A model generated the notes under the pieces. The model was not told where the DNA came from. It did not search any database and was given only the letters and a program-made list of their open reading frames with translations. A DNA stretch of 64,000 nt from Mobula hypostoma (lineage: Eukaryota): contig NC_086108.1 in the NCBI RefSeq assembly GCF_963921235.1, positions 63,366,001 to 63,430,000 of the forward strand, given 5' to 3'. Numbering within the stretch: the first letter of the stretch is position 1; each line of letters begins with the position of its first letter. Below, in pieces: positions 12,422 through 25,600 of this stretch. The translations under genes were made by a program, and so were the position numbers.

Positions 12422-12987
12422 CACAAAATAATCTGCAGATGCTGGGGTCAAAGCAACACTCACAACACACTAGAGGAACTCAGCAGGTCGGGCAGCATCC
12501 GTGGAAACGATCAGTCAACGTCTTGGGCCAGAACCCTTCATCAGGACTGAAGAGGGAAGGGGCAGAGGCCCTATAAAGAAGGTGGGGGGAAGGTGGGAAG
12601 GAGAAGGCTGGTAGGTTCCTGGTGAAAAACCAGTAAGGGGAAAGATAAAGGGTTGGGGGACGGGAAGCAGACCGGTGATAGGCAGGAAAGGTGAAGAAGG
12701 AATAGGGGAAAACACAATGGGTAGTAGAAGGAGGCTGAACCATGAGGGAGGGGATAGGCAGCTGGGGGAGGGGGCAGAGTGAAATAGGGATAGAGGAAAG
12801 GAGGGGAAGGGAATTACTGGAAGTTGGAGAATTCTATGTACATACCAAGGGGCTGGAGACTACCCAGACGGTATATGAGGTGTTGCTCCTCCAACCTGAG
12901 TTTAGCCTCATCATGGCAGTAGAGGAGGCCATGTATGGACATATCTGAATGGGAATGGGAAGCAGAATTGAAATGGGTGGCTATCGG
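12422..12987 (-). mobile_element. Penelope-like element 3' fragment with decayed hammerhead at 12512-12549
   Basis: Minus strand reads EAKLRLEEQHLIYRLGSLQP, then a pyrimidine-rich tract, then cagtcCTGATGAagggttctggcccAAGACgttgactg. Confidence 0.8.
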
Positions 12988-13031
12988 GACCTATGTGAAT
13001 GGGAATTTTATTTTGTGAAACACATACTTAG

Positions 13032-13487
13032 CTGATGGCATGAACCTCAATTTCTCAAATTTCCAAGATTTCCAGTAATGTGCCCCCTGCCTTCACCATT
13101 CCCCATTACCCGCTCCCTGTTCACCATTCCCTTTTCCCTCTCTCACCTTATCTCCTTGTGTGCCCATTACCTCTCTCTGATGCTCTGATGTTCCTCCCCA
13201 CTTTTCTTTCTTCCATGGCCTTCTGTCCTCTCTTATTAGATTTCCCCTTCTCCAGCCCTGTATGCCTTTCATCAATCAACTTCATAGCTCTTTACTTCAC
13301 CCCTCCAACTCCCAGTTTCACCTATCATGTTGTTTCTCTGTCCTCTTCCCCCACCTTTTAAATCTACTCCTCATCTTTTTTTTCTCCACTGCTGCTGAAG
13401 GGTCTTGATCCAAATCATTGACTGTACTCTTTGCCATAGCTGCTGAATAGCCTGCTGAGTTCCTCCAGCATTTTATGTGTGTTATTT
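13032..13487 (+). mobile_element. Penelope-like element 3' fragment, inverted relative to 12422-12987
   Basis: ctgatggcatgaac, pyrimidine tract, decayed hammerhead near 13392-13424, then cctgctgagttcctccagcattttatgtgtg. Confidence 0.75.
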
Positions 13488-13957
13488 CCAAGAATATACC
13501 ATTTTGTTTTGTGACACACATATTTACCATTTACTGTAAATGGTAATTCACAAGTGTAGAATGTGTAGGTATCCCACTACAAATAAACAAAAATACGGCA
13601 ATTATTTTTAATCTATGTGTAGGTCTTTTTTATTTTGCTCCGTGTTTGAGTTTAGCTGTTGAGCAATTAGATCTTTGTATCATTTCATTAATTTGAGGAT
13701 TGAAGAAGAGTAGCAATAACAGATGAAGATTAAGATGTTTCAATTTTCAATAGCAGATTAACTCATTAAAAACTTGCTGAATAAAATCCAGGCCCAGTGT
13801 TTTCAAGTGTTAAAAGATTGGTTTAAAATTACAGATCTTACGAAATAATGTTCAGAACTATTTTCATTTGGGACATGTAAGCTCTTCCTCGCAAGTATAC
13901 CCAAAATTTTGTGACTGACATAACAAGCCAAATACTAATAGAGTATATCTTTTACAG

Positions 13958-14120
13958 TTTGCAGAGAAGTATGGAGATATTTTTAGCCTGAGGATTGGAT
14001 ATTCTTACCTTGTTGTCATAAATGGTTTAAATGCTTTTAAAGAGGCTGTGGTTCACCAGACAGATGTTTTTGCAGGAACAGCAGCATTTCCAGTTTTTGA
14101 TGATATTGTCAAGGGACACG
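13958..14120 (+). CDS. cyp2j: CYP2 exon 2 (163 nt)
   Basis: ttttacag|FAEKYGDIFSLRIGYSYLVVINGLNAFKEAVVHQTDVFAGTAAFPVFDDIVKGH(G)|gtaagt. Confidence 0.93.
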
Positions 14121-15558
14121 GTAAGTAATATGTTTAATTGTTTTATTTCTTTGCTCAGAACTGGATAATTGTAGGACCTTCTAATTTATGAAATATGTTA
14201 TCTGTTATAGAATGATGTAAGCAGGATTTTCACCAAAACGTAAAATGAAAATCTTTATACTTGAGGAGTATTCTAGTTCTTCAGTGTGCATATTTTTAAC
14301 ACAGCAATGAAACCTTTAGAGACAGGAAAGTATGTGTTCACATCTCCAAGAGCAGTACTGAGTTGCAAATAATGTTTGGCTGCTTTGACTTGTTTTAGGC
14401 ATCAGAGTTGTTTCTTTCAGTTTTTGACATTGTACTACAAGATTCAATTTCTATTTTATCGAAAGTCACAGAGTACTGTGGTCAAATATCAAGACTGTCT
14501 CAAAGAAGAAACTAAGGGATGAAATAGAAAATCAGTTTATTCTTAAGTCTCTTTCACAAAGATGTCAACAAAAAAAACTTGCAATTTTGAAGGAACATAT
14601 GTTGCATATAAATTAATTGGTCTCCTTGGCGATACAGGGGAGTGAAAAGAATGCTTGTGTGTGAATCTAAAAGCACACAACAAAGGTTTCAATTGCAAAC
14701 ATTATTTTCTGGTATAAACAAGATAGTGGAATAATTCAAAAATGCTAAAAACAACAGATGCTTGAAATCTGACATAAGAATGGACAATGTTGGCACTATA
14801 CTGCATGCTGGACAACATCTGTGCAGAGAGAAAAGACGGTGATGAGTCATGTTGAAGACCTGTTATCAGAACTCAGAAATGATGCAAGTTGAACAAGTTT
14901 GAGTCACACATAAACAGGAGTGATGGAGACATGGAAAAGATTGCCTGAGATAAGGGTGGAAATTGAGGGAATAAACAATGAACAATCTCTCTTGCTCTTA
15001 TCCCTTTGTTCACTCTGCTCATTCTCCTCCTCTGCAATGCAAAACATGTTCAACTTATAGTATTTCCTAATTCTGTTGTTTAGGTCTACAAAGTAAAATG
15101 TTAATGCCATTTTTTTCCACAAATATTGCATATTTCCCATGTTTTCTGGTTTTTACTTACAGTGAGTGGAATTATTCCACATGAAGTTGAAATGAGTGTG
15201 CTATATATACTTTCTCTATGCTGGGATATGCAGATAATTCCTTATGCTTTTCAGAACTCACTCAGCAAGTGAAGATTTTTGAAGCAAGTTTCTACAGACC
15301 CCATAAAATCCATTGTTTTTTCATAATATTTTAATATGTTATGAAGTTGAACAGCAAATTGAAGATAAGAAATTTCGTCCATCACAGGATTGTAAATCTC
15401 TGCAGTTTTCTACCCAAGAAGCAGTAGAAGCAAAGTTACTAAGTATATTCGAGAAAAACATTAATAGATCTTTGCAGGCAAAGGGAAGCAAAAAAATAAG
15501 ACTTCACTGAAGGAAAGAGACACTGGTTCTCGAACAAGCGTCCATTGTTTAGAAATAA

Positions 15559-18500
15559 AATCTTGAAAATCGATCGAGAAGACAAAACTTACGTATAATT
15601 GGTCTACCCGAGGATGTTGAGGATGGAGACCCTTTAATATTCTTTGCTCAACGTTTAAAGGATACGTTCAGTTCAGTTTTTCCCAACGAGCATCCATTAC
15701 TTAACCGTGCGCACCGTATACCGCGGCCAAAGTCAGCATCGGCTGTATCCAAACCGAGACCAATTATTCTTCATTTCCATTATGTTAATGTTAAAGAACA
15801 GCTTCTCCAGACTGCTCCTCGGCAAGGGATGATCAATTATCGCCAGCATTCCTTCAGGATAGTTCAAGATTACAGTCCCGAAGTGATGAAAGAGCGACTG
15901 ACTTTTAAACCTCTGATGTCGGAATGTTATCAAAAGAATCTCAAACCGGCATTATTGTACCCTGCACGTCTAAGAATTTCTCTTCCTGATGGATCTCGTC
16001 GCGTCTTCCATTCCATAACCGCCGCTCGAAGCTTTTTGGAAGATAACTACCCATCTGATACGGACACCGCCCTTTAACTAATGTTCTGTGCTCTCAATAT
16101 CAGCTTCTTTTTCTCGTGTTTTTTTTTTAAATAAACCACCTTCTACCGTACGATGAAGGATTTTAATAAGCTCAAGATTTTTGTTTTGTGCTTACTACTG
16201 TAGTTAGCACTTTACAACTTATATAAAATAGTTATTTCTTGTGAATAACGTTACTTTCTTTTTAGTTAATTTTTCCTTAACTTTTTGTTTTCCGATATTA
16301 TTACTAACGATTTGATCTGACGATCATTTTCAGTTATATGTTCTTTATTTTTGTTTTTGTACAATTAAAGTGGCGATTTGTTTTTCTTTTTGCATAATCT
16401 CCTTTGTTCTTTTTGGGACGCCATGTTCTTATGTTTCTTCTTCCCATAATCCCCTTTCTTTGGAAGCAATATTTTACTTACTCTCACTTATAATTAACTA
16501 ATCATACATATTGATACTAACATTTTCTTAATTATCTTAGTAGTTATACTATGTAGATTATTATAGTATAGTGTTTAATTTTTTTTTATATATCAGTTTC
16601 CGGGGGGTCATCTATATAACATATATCTTTGGAGTTGCCTCCTGCAGAAATGGGGTTAGATTCAGTATTAGTTAGTTCTTTCTTCAGCCTTTACTGGCTT
16701 AGTTCGGGGTTCTTGGAGATGGAGGGTGGGGTAGTCTTTTTCTTTTTTAATTTTTTCTATTGGCCTGATTTAGTACTACAAAGATGTCTGCTGTGTCGGG
16801 ATTTCTGGTTCCTCTCTGATCATGTATTCCTCTTCCGATTTCATGAACTCACATTATGGTTAATCCTTTACTCACCAAAGGGTTAATCTTAAATTATGGC
16901 TCACATTATTAATTTTGTCTCTTGGAATACAAATGGTTTAAACCATCCAAAAAAATGGAAAAAGATTTTCAAAGTATTCCAAAGACTGAATGCTCATATT
17001 ATTTTTGCACAAGAAACTCATGTAAGGAAAGCGGATAATCAACGCTTCTTTAAGTTCTGGAAAGAATAATACCACTCAAACTCCCAAGCCAAAGTTAAAG
17101 GTGTTTCAATTTTTATAGATCCCTCAATTACATTTATTCATCAAGACATTATCTCAGATCCTAATGGTAGATTTTTGTTAATCACTGGGTTACTTTTCAA
17201 TAAAAAGGTTGCTATGTTTAATGTTTATGCTCTGAATGTGGATTACCCTGAATGTTTTAAACACATATTCACTTCCTTTCCTAACTTAAACGAGTATATG
17301 TTGATAATGGGCGGTGACTTTAATTTATGTTTGAATCCCATGTTGGACAGATCCATAGGTAGTCCGGCTTTACTGAATAAGTCGGCTACTTTTATTAACT
17401 CTTTTATGTTTGATTCTGGGATTTCAGAAATTTGGAGATTTCTACACCCAAAGGATAAAGAATTTTCATTCTTTTCACATGTTCATCGTTCTTATTCTCG
17501 AATTGACTATTTTTTTATTGACTCTCGATTAATCCCATATGTAATTGATTGTAATTATGACATTATCGCCATTTCAGATCATGCTCCAATGAAACTTTCT
17601 ATCAAGTTAATGGATACTTCTTGTACTAATAGACAATGGCGATGTAACCCTATTTTGCTTCAAGACTTGGACTTTGTCAAGTTTATAAAGGGACAGATTG
17701 ATTTCTTTTTTTCAATTAATACTACGGAAGAAGTTTCCAATGAAACAGTTTGGGACGCTTTTAAAGCTTATATCCGTGGTCAGATTATTTCCTATTCGGC
17801 TGGTTTGAAAAAACGTGCTAAGAATGAAATACTCTTGTTGGTTGATAAAATTAAAGAAATTGATAAAAAAAATATGCTATTTCTCCCAGTAGCTGTACAA
17901 ACACAGAGTTGAACTTCAATTGGAACATAGCTTACTATTAACATCCTCGATTGAAAATCAATTAATGAGAACTAAAAGTGATTTTTATATTCAGAGTGAT
18001 AAATCGGGTAAATTATTGGCTAATCAATTGAAATTTGCTTCGGTTAAAAGTGAAATTACTAAGATTCGCAAACTCGATGATACTTTGGCATTTGATCATG
18101 ACAGGATAAACAAAACCTTTCAAGAATTTTATACCTCTTTATATCACACTAATTTTCCTCATGATTTTAATACCATGCATGATTTTTTAAGTAAACTGAA
18201 TTTTCCGAAATTATCACCCGAAGATTGCTTATCATTAGAAACTCCTGTTACAGAGGAAGAAATAATAACTGCAATCTCATCATTGAATTCTGGTAAAGCT
18301 CCCGGTCCGGACGGGTTTACAGTGGAATTTTTAAAATCCTTTTCCTCTATTCTCTCTCCGTGGTTGTCTAGAATATTCGAAGAAGCAATCAGTTTAGGTA
18401 AATTACCACAATCGTTTTATGAAGCCTCTATTTCCTTAATTATTAAAAAGAACAAAGATCCTACTGATTGTGCATCATACAGAACAATATCTCTTTTGAA

Positions 18501-21100
18501 TGTAGATTCAAAAATTTTTTCAAAAATTTTAGCAACTAGGTTAGAGAAGGTATTACCTCAAATTGTATCTATGGACCAAACTGGATTTATTAAAAATCGT
18601 TATTCATCCTTTAATATTAGGAGGTTAATGAATATTGTTTACACTCCTTCACTTATTACCCCAGAATGTATTATCTCATGAGATGCTGAGAAAGCCTTTG
18701 ACAGAGTTGAATGGCCTTATTTATTTAGTGTGCTTGAGAAATTTAATTTTAGTTTGATATTTATATCTTGGATTAAATTGTTATATTATTCCCCGGTAGC
18801 TTCGGTTTGTACTAATAATCAAAGATCTCCCTTTTTTCGTCTATTTCGTGGTACTAGGCAAGGATGCCCTCTTAGTCCTTTACTATTTAATATCGCCCTT
18901 GAACCTTTAGCAATTGCTATCCGTGACTCGCCCAATATTTTTGGTATTACCCATGGAAACAAAATACATAAATTATCACTATATGCAGATGATTTGTTAT
19001 TATATATCTCTAATCCGGAGAAGTCAATTCCTGCTATTCTAGCTTTGTTGGCTCAATTTAGTAATTTTTCTGGCTACAAATTAAATCTTAATAAGAGTGA
19101 ATTATTTCCCCTAAATAAGCAGGTACCTATTTATGGATGTTTACCATTTAAATTGGTTACTGACTCATTTATATATTTAGGGGTTATAATCACAAAAAAG
19201 TATAAAGATTTATTTAAAGCTAATTTTTTTACCTTTAATTGATCAGATTAAACTTTTGTTTACTATATGGTCACCAATATCTTTGTCTTTGATAGGTCGG
19301 ATTAATGCTATTAAGATGATTATTTTGCCTAAATTTCTATATCTCTTTCAATCGGTTCCAATTTTTATCCCAAAATCTTTTTTTGATAATGTTGATTTAA
19401 TAATTTCCTCATATATATGGCAGAACAAAGGTCCTAGGCTAGGTAAAAGGTATTTACAGAAATCTAAAAAAGAGCGGGGGCTCGCCCTCCTGAAGTTTAG
19501 ATTTTATTAATGAGCAATTAATATTCGATTCTTAAAATTTTGGTTACGAGATTTGGATGTATCTTTAAATCCACATTGGGTAAATCTTGAATGTAATTCA
19601 TTACAAGGGTTTTCTTTGGGTTCGGTTTTAGGAACTTCGCTTCCTTTTATTTCTTCTAAATTGTATAAACAAATGAATAATCCAATAGTTAAGCATGCTT
19701 TATGTATATGGTTTCAATTCCGAAGATTTTTTGGGTTTAATCAATTTATTTTAGCAAGTACTATTATATCTAATTTCCCTTTTCAACCTTCCACTACGGA
19801 TCAAGCTTGCTTTGATTGGAAAACCAAAGGTATAGTACGTTTTTGTGATTTATTTTTGGATATTTGTTTCATGTCTTTTGATCAACTTTCTAATAAATAT
19901 AATTTACCCAGATCTCACTTTTTTAGATACCTACAGATTAGAAACTTTTTAATTACAGCTTCTCCTAATTTTCCACACTCATATCCAATGGCTACTTTGG
20001 AAAAAATTTTAGATCTAAGTCTCTCTCAGAAAAGTGTTGTAGCAATTATTTATAACATAATTATGAATTTATGTCCTGATGTTTCCAATAAAATTAAAAC
20101 TGATTGGGAAAGAGAATTTAAGATTATTATGCCGATCGAAAAATGGGAAAAAATTCTTCAATTGGTTAATTCATCCTCTATATGTGCTAAACATGTGTTG
20201 ATACAGTTTAAAGCAGTGCACAGGGCTCATATGTCTAAAGATAAACTATCTCGTTATTATTCTTATATTAATCCTATATGTGATAGATGTCATTCCGAGA
20301 TAGCTTCTTTAACTCACATGTTTTGGTCATGTCCTTTGTTGGAAAAATATTGGAAAGATATTTTTGATATTATTTCAATGGTTTTGAATACAGACTTACA
20401 ACCTCACCCAATTACTGCTATTTTTGGATTACCAATGATAGACTCAAATCATTTAACCTCTTCAGCTCGTTGGATGATTGCATTTCATACTTTAATGGCT
20501 AGAAGATCCTTTTTGCTGAATGGGAAAGAGATTAACCCTCCTACTGTATTTCACTGGTGTTCACAGACTATGTTGTTTTTAACTTTGGGAAAAAATTAGA
20601 AGTGTGGTTTATGACCCTTCCATTAAATTTGAAAAAAGCTTGGAGGCCATTTATTCAACATTTTCATATGATGTAATTTGACCATTTCCAAACTTATTTT
20701 ACTTCTCTGTAGTGTTGGTTGAGAGGAATGGAGTCGTCGACACTAAGGTTTTCTTTTCTTCCATTTTTACGTTGTTAAAATTGTCCAAGTCTTTTTCGTT
20801 TAGTTGACTAATTCTGTTTAGATTAGTTGTTTTTAATTAGTTGATTAGTTGTTTTAAATTAGTTTGTTTTTTTAAAAATTTTTTTTTCTTTTTCATGATT
20901 TTTCTCCAGTTATTTTTTTTTGTCCTGTATTATTCATTGTTGCCCTACATGATTGGGAGTTTTGTCAATTTATACTATTTGGTTTTATAATTGCTTATCT
21001 TAAGTATAACAATGTATTTCCAACAATTTTGTATTATTGCTATGTTATGTTTATATTTTATGAAACTAATAAAAAGATTGAAAAAGAAAGAAAGAAAGAA
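15559..21100 (+). mobile_element. L1-clade LINE, 5'-truncated within ORF1; ORF2 (ATG 16896) disrupted by stops and frameshifts
   Basis: ORF1 remnant ENRSRRQNLRIIGLPE...LLYPARL; ORF2 motifs SWNTNGL, QETH, GGDFN, SRIDY, ISDH, KAPGPDG, RQGCPLSP, LYADD, CDRC...HMFWSC; AATAAA at 21068, (GAAA)n tail; TSD agaaataa at 15551-15558 and 21097-21104. Confidence 0.95.
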
Positions 21101-21772
21101 ATAAGATGTTCACCCATTTATGACGGGCAAAGTTTTCTCTATTAGAGTCATGAGTGTGTGGACATCTTTTTCTCAAAGCAGAGTGAAAGCAGGATCATTG
21201 AATGAACAGACACCCGATGAGTAATGGAATAGAAGGGAATACCATATTGAAGCTTTAATCAGCACAGCATTGATCTTAATGAATATGAAGAGTGGACGAG
21301 AGGCAGGGTGGCCTTCTGGTTTTAATTCATTTTGAATGGTAACACAGGTGTTAAGATTGAACTTCACCAGCTTCTATGTCTCATGTTTGTTTGCTTTTTG
21401 TGCTGTTGTCACCAATGGTGTGAATGGGAATATATGCACTAGCATTGAGGGAATACTTTCACCCACTAATCTTACTGTTCCTCAGGGATTCCAGCTTCAT
21501 GGCAGCTGGCCTGTAGATTCTGAGAGGCTATTAGCACCAATTGTAATTCTGGTCTGAGGAGAAGTCCAGTGAGCTGGCCCACTTTTCACACTTACAGTAT
21601 ATGATCAAAGAACCTGTACTCCTACATAATCTAGACATATCAGTCAATGTAATTCTAAAACGAGTCATTGTTCTTAACAACAGATGCATTGTCAAATCTT
21701 CACAATGTCAACTGAATCACCATCACTCGTCTCTAAAACAAACAAGTTTATCCCATCAGTTCATACTTCTTT

Positions 21773-23380
21773 ATAAAATATAGGAGCAGAATTAGCTGCA
21801 TCAAGTCTGCTCCACATTCAACCATAGATGATTTATTATTCCTTCACAATCCCATTCTTTTACCTTCTCCCCATAACCTGTGATATCCTTACTAACTGCG
21901 TACCTATCAACCTCCTCTTCAATGACGTGGACTTCACAGCCATCTGTGGCAATGAATTCCATAGATGCACCACTCTCTTGCTAAAGAAATTACTTCTCAT
22001 CACTGCTCAAAAGAGATGTCCTTCTGTACTGCCCTCTCTTTGTAAACTCTTCCACAATTGGAAAAATCCCTGCCACGTCCACTCTATCTAGGCCTTTGAA
22101 TACTCAGTGAGATTCCCCCTTCATTCTTCTAAACTCCAGTGAGTACAGGCCCAGAACCATTAAATGCTCCTCATACAATAGCCCTTTCATTCCTGGGATT
22201 ATTCCCATCAACCTCCTCTGAGCTCTCTCCAATGCCAACATATCCTTTCAAAATATGCAGTCTAAAACTGCTCAAAGTACTCCAAGTGCAGTCTGATCAA
22301 TGCCTCGTAAGGCCTCAGTGTTACACTTCTTCCTTATATTCTAGTCCTCTAGAAATGAATACTAACATTTTATTTGCCTTCCTTACTGCTGATTCTATCT
22401 GCATTTTAACCTTCAGGGATTTCACAGAATCACCACTCTCTGGTTAAAAACAGTTCCTCCTCATCTCCATTCTAAAAAGACACCAGTCTGTTCTGAGGCT
22501 GTGTCCTTTGGTCTTAGACTCTCCCACCACAGGAAACATCCTCTCCACATCCACTCTATCAAGACCATTCACTATTTGATAGGTTTCAATGAGGCCACCC
22601 CTCATTCTTCTGAATTCTGATGAATACAGCCCCAGAGCCATCAAATGCTCTTCATATGACAAGCCATTCAATCCTGGAATCATTTTTGTGAACCTCTTTT
22701 GAACCCTCTCCAGTTTAAAGATAAAGGGCCGAAAACTGATCACAATACTCCAAGGGAGTCCCCACCAGTGCTTTTTAAGCCTCAACATTATATCCTTGCT
22801 TTTATATTCTTTATTTCCTCTTGAAATGAATTCTATCATCACATTCGCCTTCCTCACCACAAACTCAACCTGCAACTTAACCTTTGGGAATCCTACACAA
22901 GAACTCCAAAGTCCTTTTGCACCTCAGGTTTTTATATTTTCTCTCTATTTAAAAAATAGTCTACCCATTTACTTCTTCCACCAAAGTACACGACACAAAC
23001 TTCACAACATTGTATTTCATCTGCCACTTCTTCGCCCATTCTTCGCCCATTCTTCTAATCTGTCCAAGTTCTTCTGTAGCCTCTCTGTTTCCTGAAAACT
23101 ACTTGCCCCCCCCACCTATGTTTGTATTGTCTGAAAACTTTGCAACAAAGCTATCAATCCCATCATCCAAATCATTGGCATATCATCCAAACCATATGCA
23201 TGCAAAGTAATGGACCCAACACCTACACCTGTGGAACACTGTAAGTCATTGGAAATCAACCTGAAAAGGCTTCCTTTTTTCCCGGTCTTTGTCTTCTGCC
23301 AGTCAGCCGATCTTATGTCCGTAGTTCTACCTTTCCTGTCATACCATGTGGTCTCGGCTTAATTAGCAACTTCATATTGG
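21773..23380 (-). mobile_element. Degenerate CR1 3' region with an internally repeated segment
   Basis: ORF 22444-22875 LERVQKRFTKMIPG...RRMRGGLIETY; about 21965-22420 resembles about 22430-22890. Confidence 0.8.
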
Positions 23381-23862
23381 GCCCTTTTTCATTGGTTTGA
23401 TAACTGTTTTAGTGAACACCTATGTTTGCCTGAGGAATCCTCTATGAATGGCATCTACCCTCTATGATGGTAGAGCATGGCATGTGCCAGCGGGTAAGGT
23501 TTAAAATGCTTTAGGATATTTTTTGGCATGATTTTTTGTGTCCTAAAGACAACGTCGTATACAGACGTTTGGTTCCAATGGTGGCAGACACTGTTTGTGT
23601 TGATCTCAGAGATGAGCTTAACAATGAATGAGTTTTGAAGCCAACAATTAGTTGTCACCAGGAAAATCAGAACAGAGCCAAGAAAACACAGCGCTCAGCT
23701 GGGTTATTTATAATCAAATATAAGATATCTTTACCCACTAGGTTGTTGGGAAGGTTTACTATCCATATCAATTTCTTTACAAGGAATTCTCTTATTTTTC
23801 CATCCAGGCTACATAGACCACTCATAAATCATTACAAATGCCACCTGTATTTCACTGCACAG

Positions 23863-24012
23863 GTATACATTTCTCAGATGGAAACGTATGGAAAGAGCAA
23901 CGGAAGTTTGCACGAATGACATTAAGAAGGTTTGGTGTTGGGCAAAAGTCTTTGGAAACTCAAATTCTTGAGAAAATTAAAGATCTTCAAGATGCATTCA
24001 AACGAGAGAAGG
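23863..24012 (+). CDS. cyp2j: CYP2 exon 3 (150 nt, helix C WxxxR)
   Basis: ctgcacag|(G)IHFSDGNVWKEQRKFARMTLRRFGVGQKSLETQILEKIKDLQDAFKREK(G)|gtaagt. Confidence 0.94.
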
Positions 24013-25600
24013 GTAAGTTCATTCTACATTTTGTTTTGGATATAATGCCATTGGACTGGATTTTGTGTAATGATGCAAAATTATTTGTTGATATCAGTGG
24101 TAAAAACAGACAGCAATTTCTATAAGATATGTGTTGCCATTTAAATGTTGCATTCCTGTAGACTTGTAAGCTCTTCAAATAAACATCCGTTTACTATGCA
24201 AAACTGATGAGCATTTCCACCCTAACAAAAGTGTCAGGCAGTGCATTGCAGATTCCTATTACTCTCTGGTTAAATAAATTTTCCTCATATCCCCTCTATT
24301 CATTTTACCTTTGAATTTAAATCCATGCTCATTTTTGACTCTAGTACTACATGAAATATATCCTTGTTATTTAGTCTATCTGAGTTTGCAATTTCAGACA
24401 ACTCAGTAAATTGTCCCAAACGGAAGAGCAGGAGCATAATAATTTTGCTCATAGGTGCATATTCCAGCTTTATTAACTCCTTCATGGGTTACCAGATATC
24501 CTCTCGAATGGATACTTTTTGTAGTTAATACTGGTGTGATGGAAAACACCCAGCACAGATCACTATGTTTTTAAGGGCAGCAAATATTGATATAACTTTT
24601 TGGTTGCAGACCAACTTCTTAATATTAAACACACAGCATATATTTTCCTCGCCTGAATATAGTGATGTCAATTATAAGTCACTTAGAAGTCAATAGCATC
24701 GTAACATTTTAAGTAACCAAAATCCCAGCTAATGTTGGGAACAAGTCAAATATGCCCCTGTTCACTTGCCGTCCCCACAGTTCCAGTTGGGCTTTGAAAG
24801 CAGACACTTTATCTACCAACTTGAAGACAGTTGTCATTCTCCCCTGAAGTGACAAATTGGGTTCAATGAGCAGGTTGGAGATGTCACACAGATAAGCGAG
24901 TTTTGCTATTCACTCCTCATCACTGAAGTGTGTTGCCAGTGGTGACTTTTTTCCTGAAAGAAATCTCTGCAGCTGCTCTCTTAATTCAAAAACCCTGGCC
25001 AGGACTCTTCCCCTTGATAGCCACCTGACCTTAGTGTGTAAGAGAAGGTGTTTGTGCTCTGCATCCATTTCCTCGCAAAGCTGCTCAAACAGACGTGAGT
25101 TAAGGGCTTTTGATTTGATGTGATTAATAACTTCAACAACGTCACTCAATATGCTGTGAAGATCAGGTGACATTTTTCGGCTAGCCAGCATTTCCCTGTG
25201 TATGACACAGTGTGTAGACTGGCATTCAGAAGCAACCTCTGTGACTTGGGTAGTGAAACCAGACAGCCGTCCAGTCATAGCTTCAGCCCGTCTGTGCATA
25301 TTCCAACACAGAATGACCAGCCCAGTTTGCCTGACATGTAGTCATTCAAAGATTTGAATTGCTCTGCCCCAGTTGTGTTAGTTGGCAGCCGCAGTGCACA
25401 CAACATATCCTTGTGCATATTGCCTTGAAATATATATCGCACATAAACCAGCAGTATTGCCTTGTTGTCGACATCGGTAGACTCGTCAAACTGGATAGCA
25501 TACCATGGTGACAGTTCCAACAGTTGTGCTTTGATGTCCTCTGCTACGTCCTCGATTCTCAATGAAACTTTGGTAGCTGAAATAGAAACTTGTGCCATCT

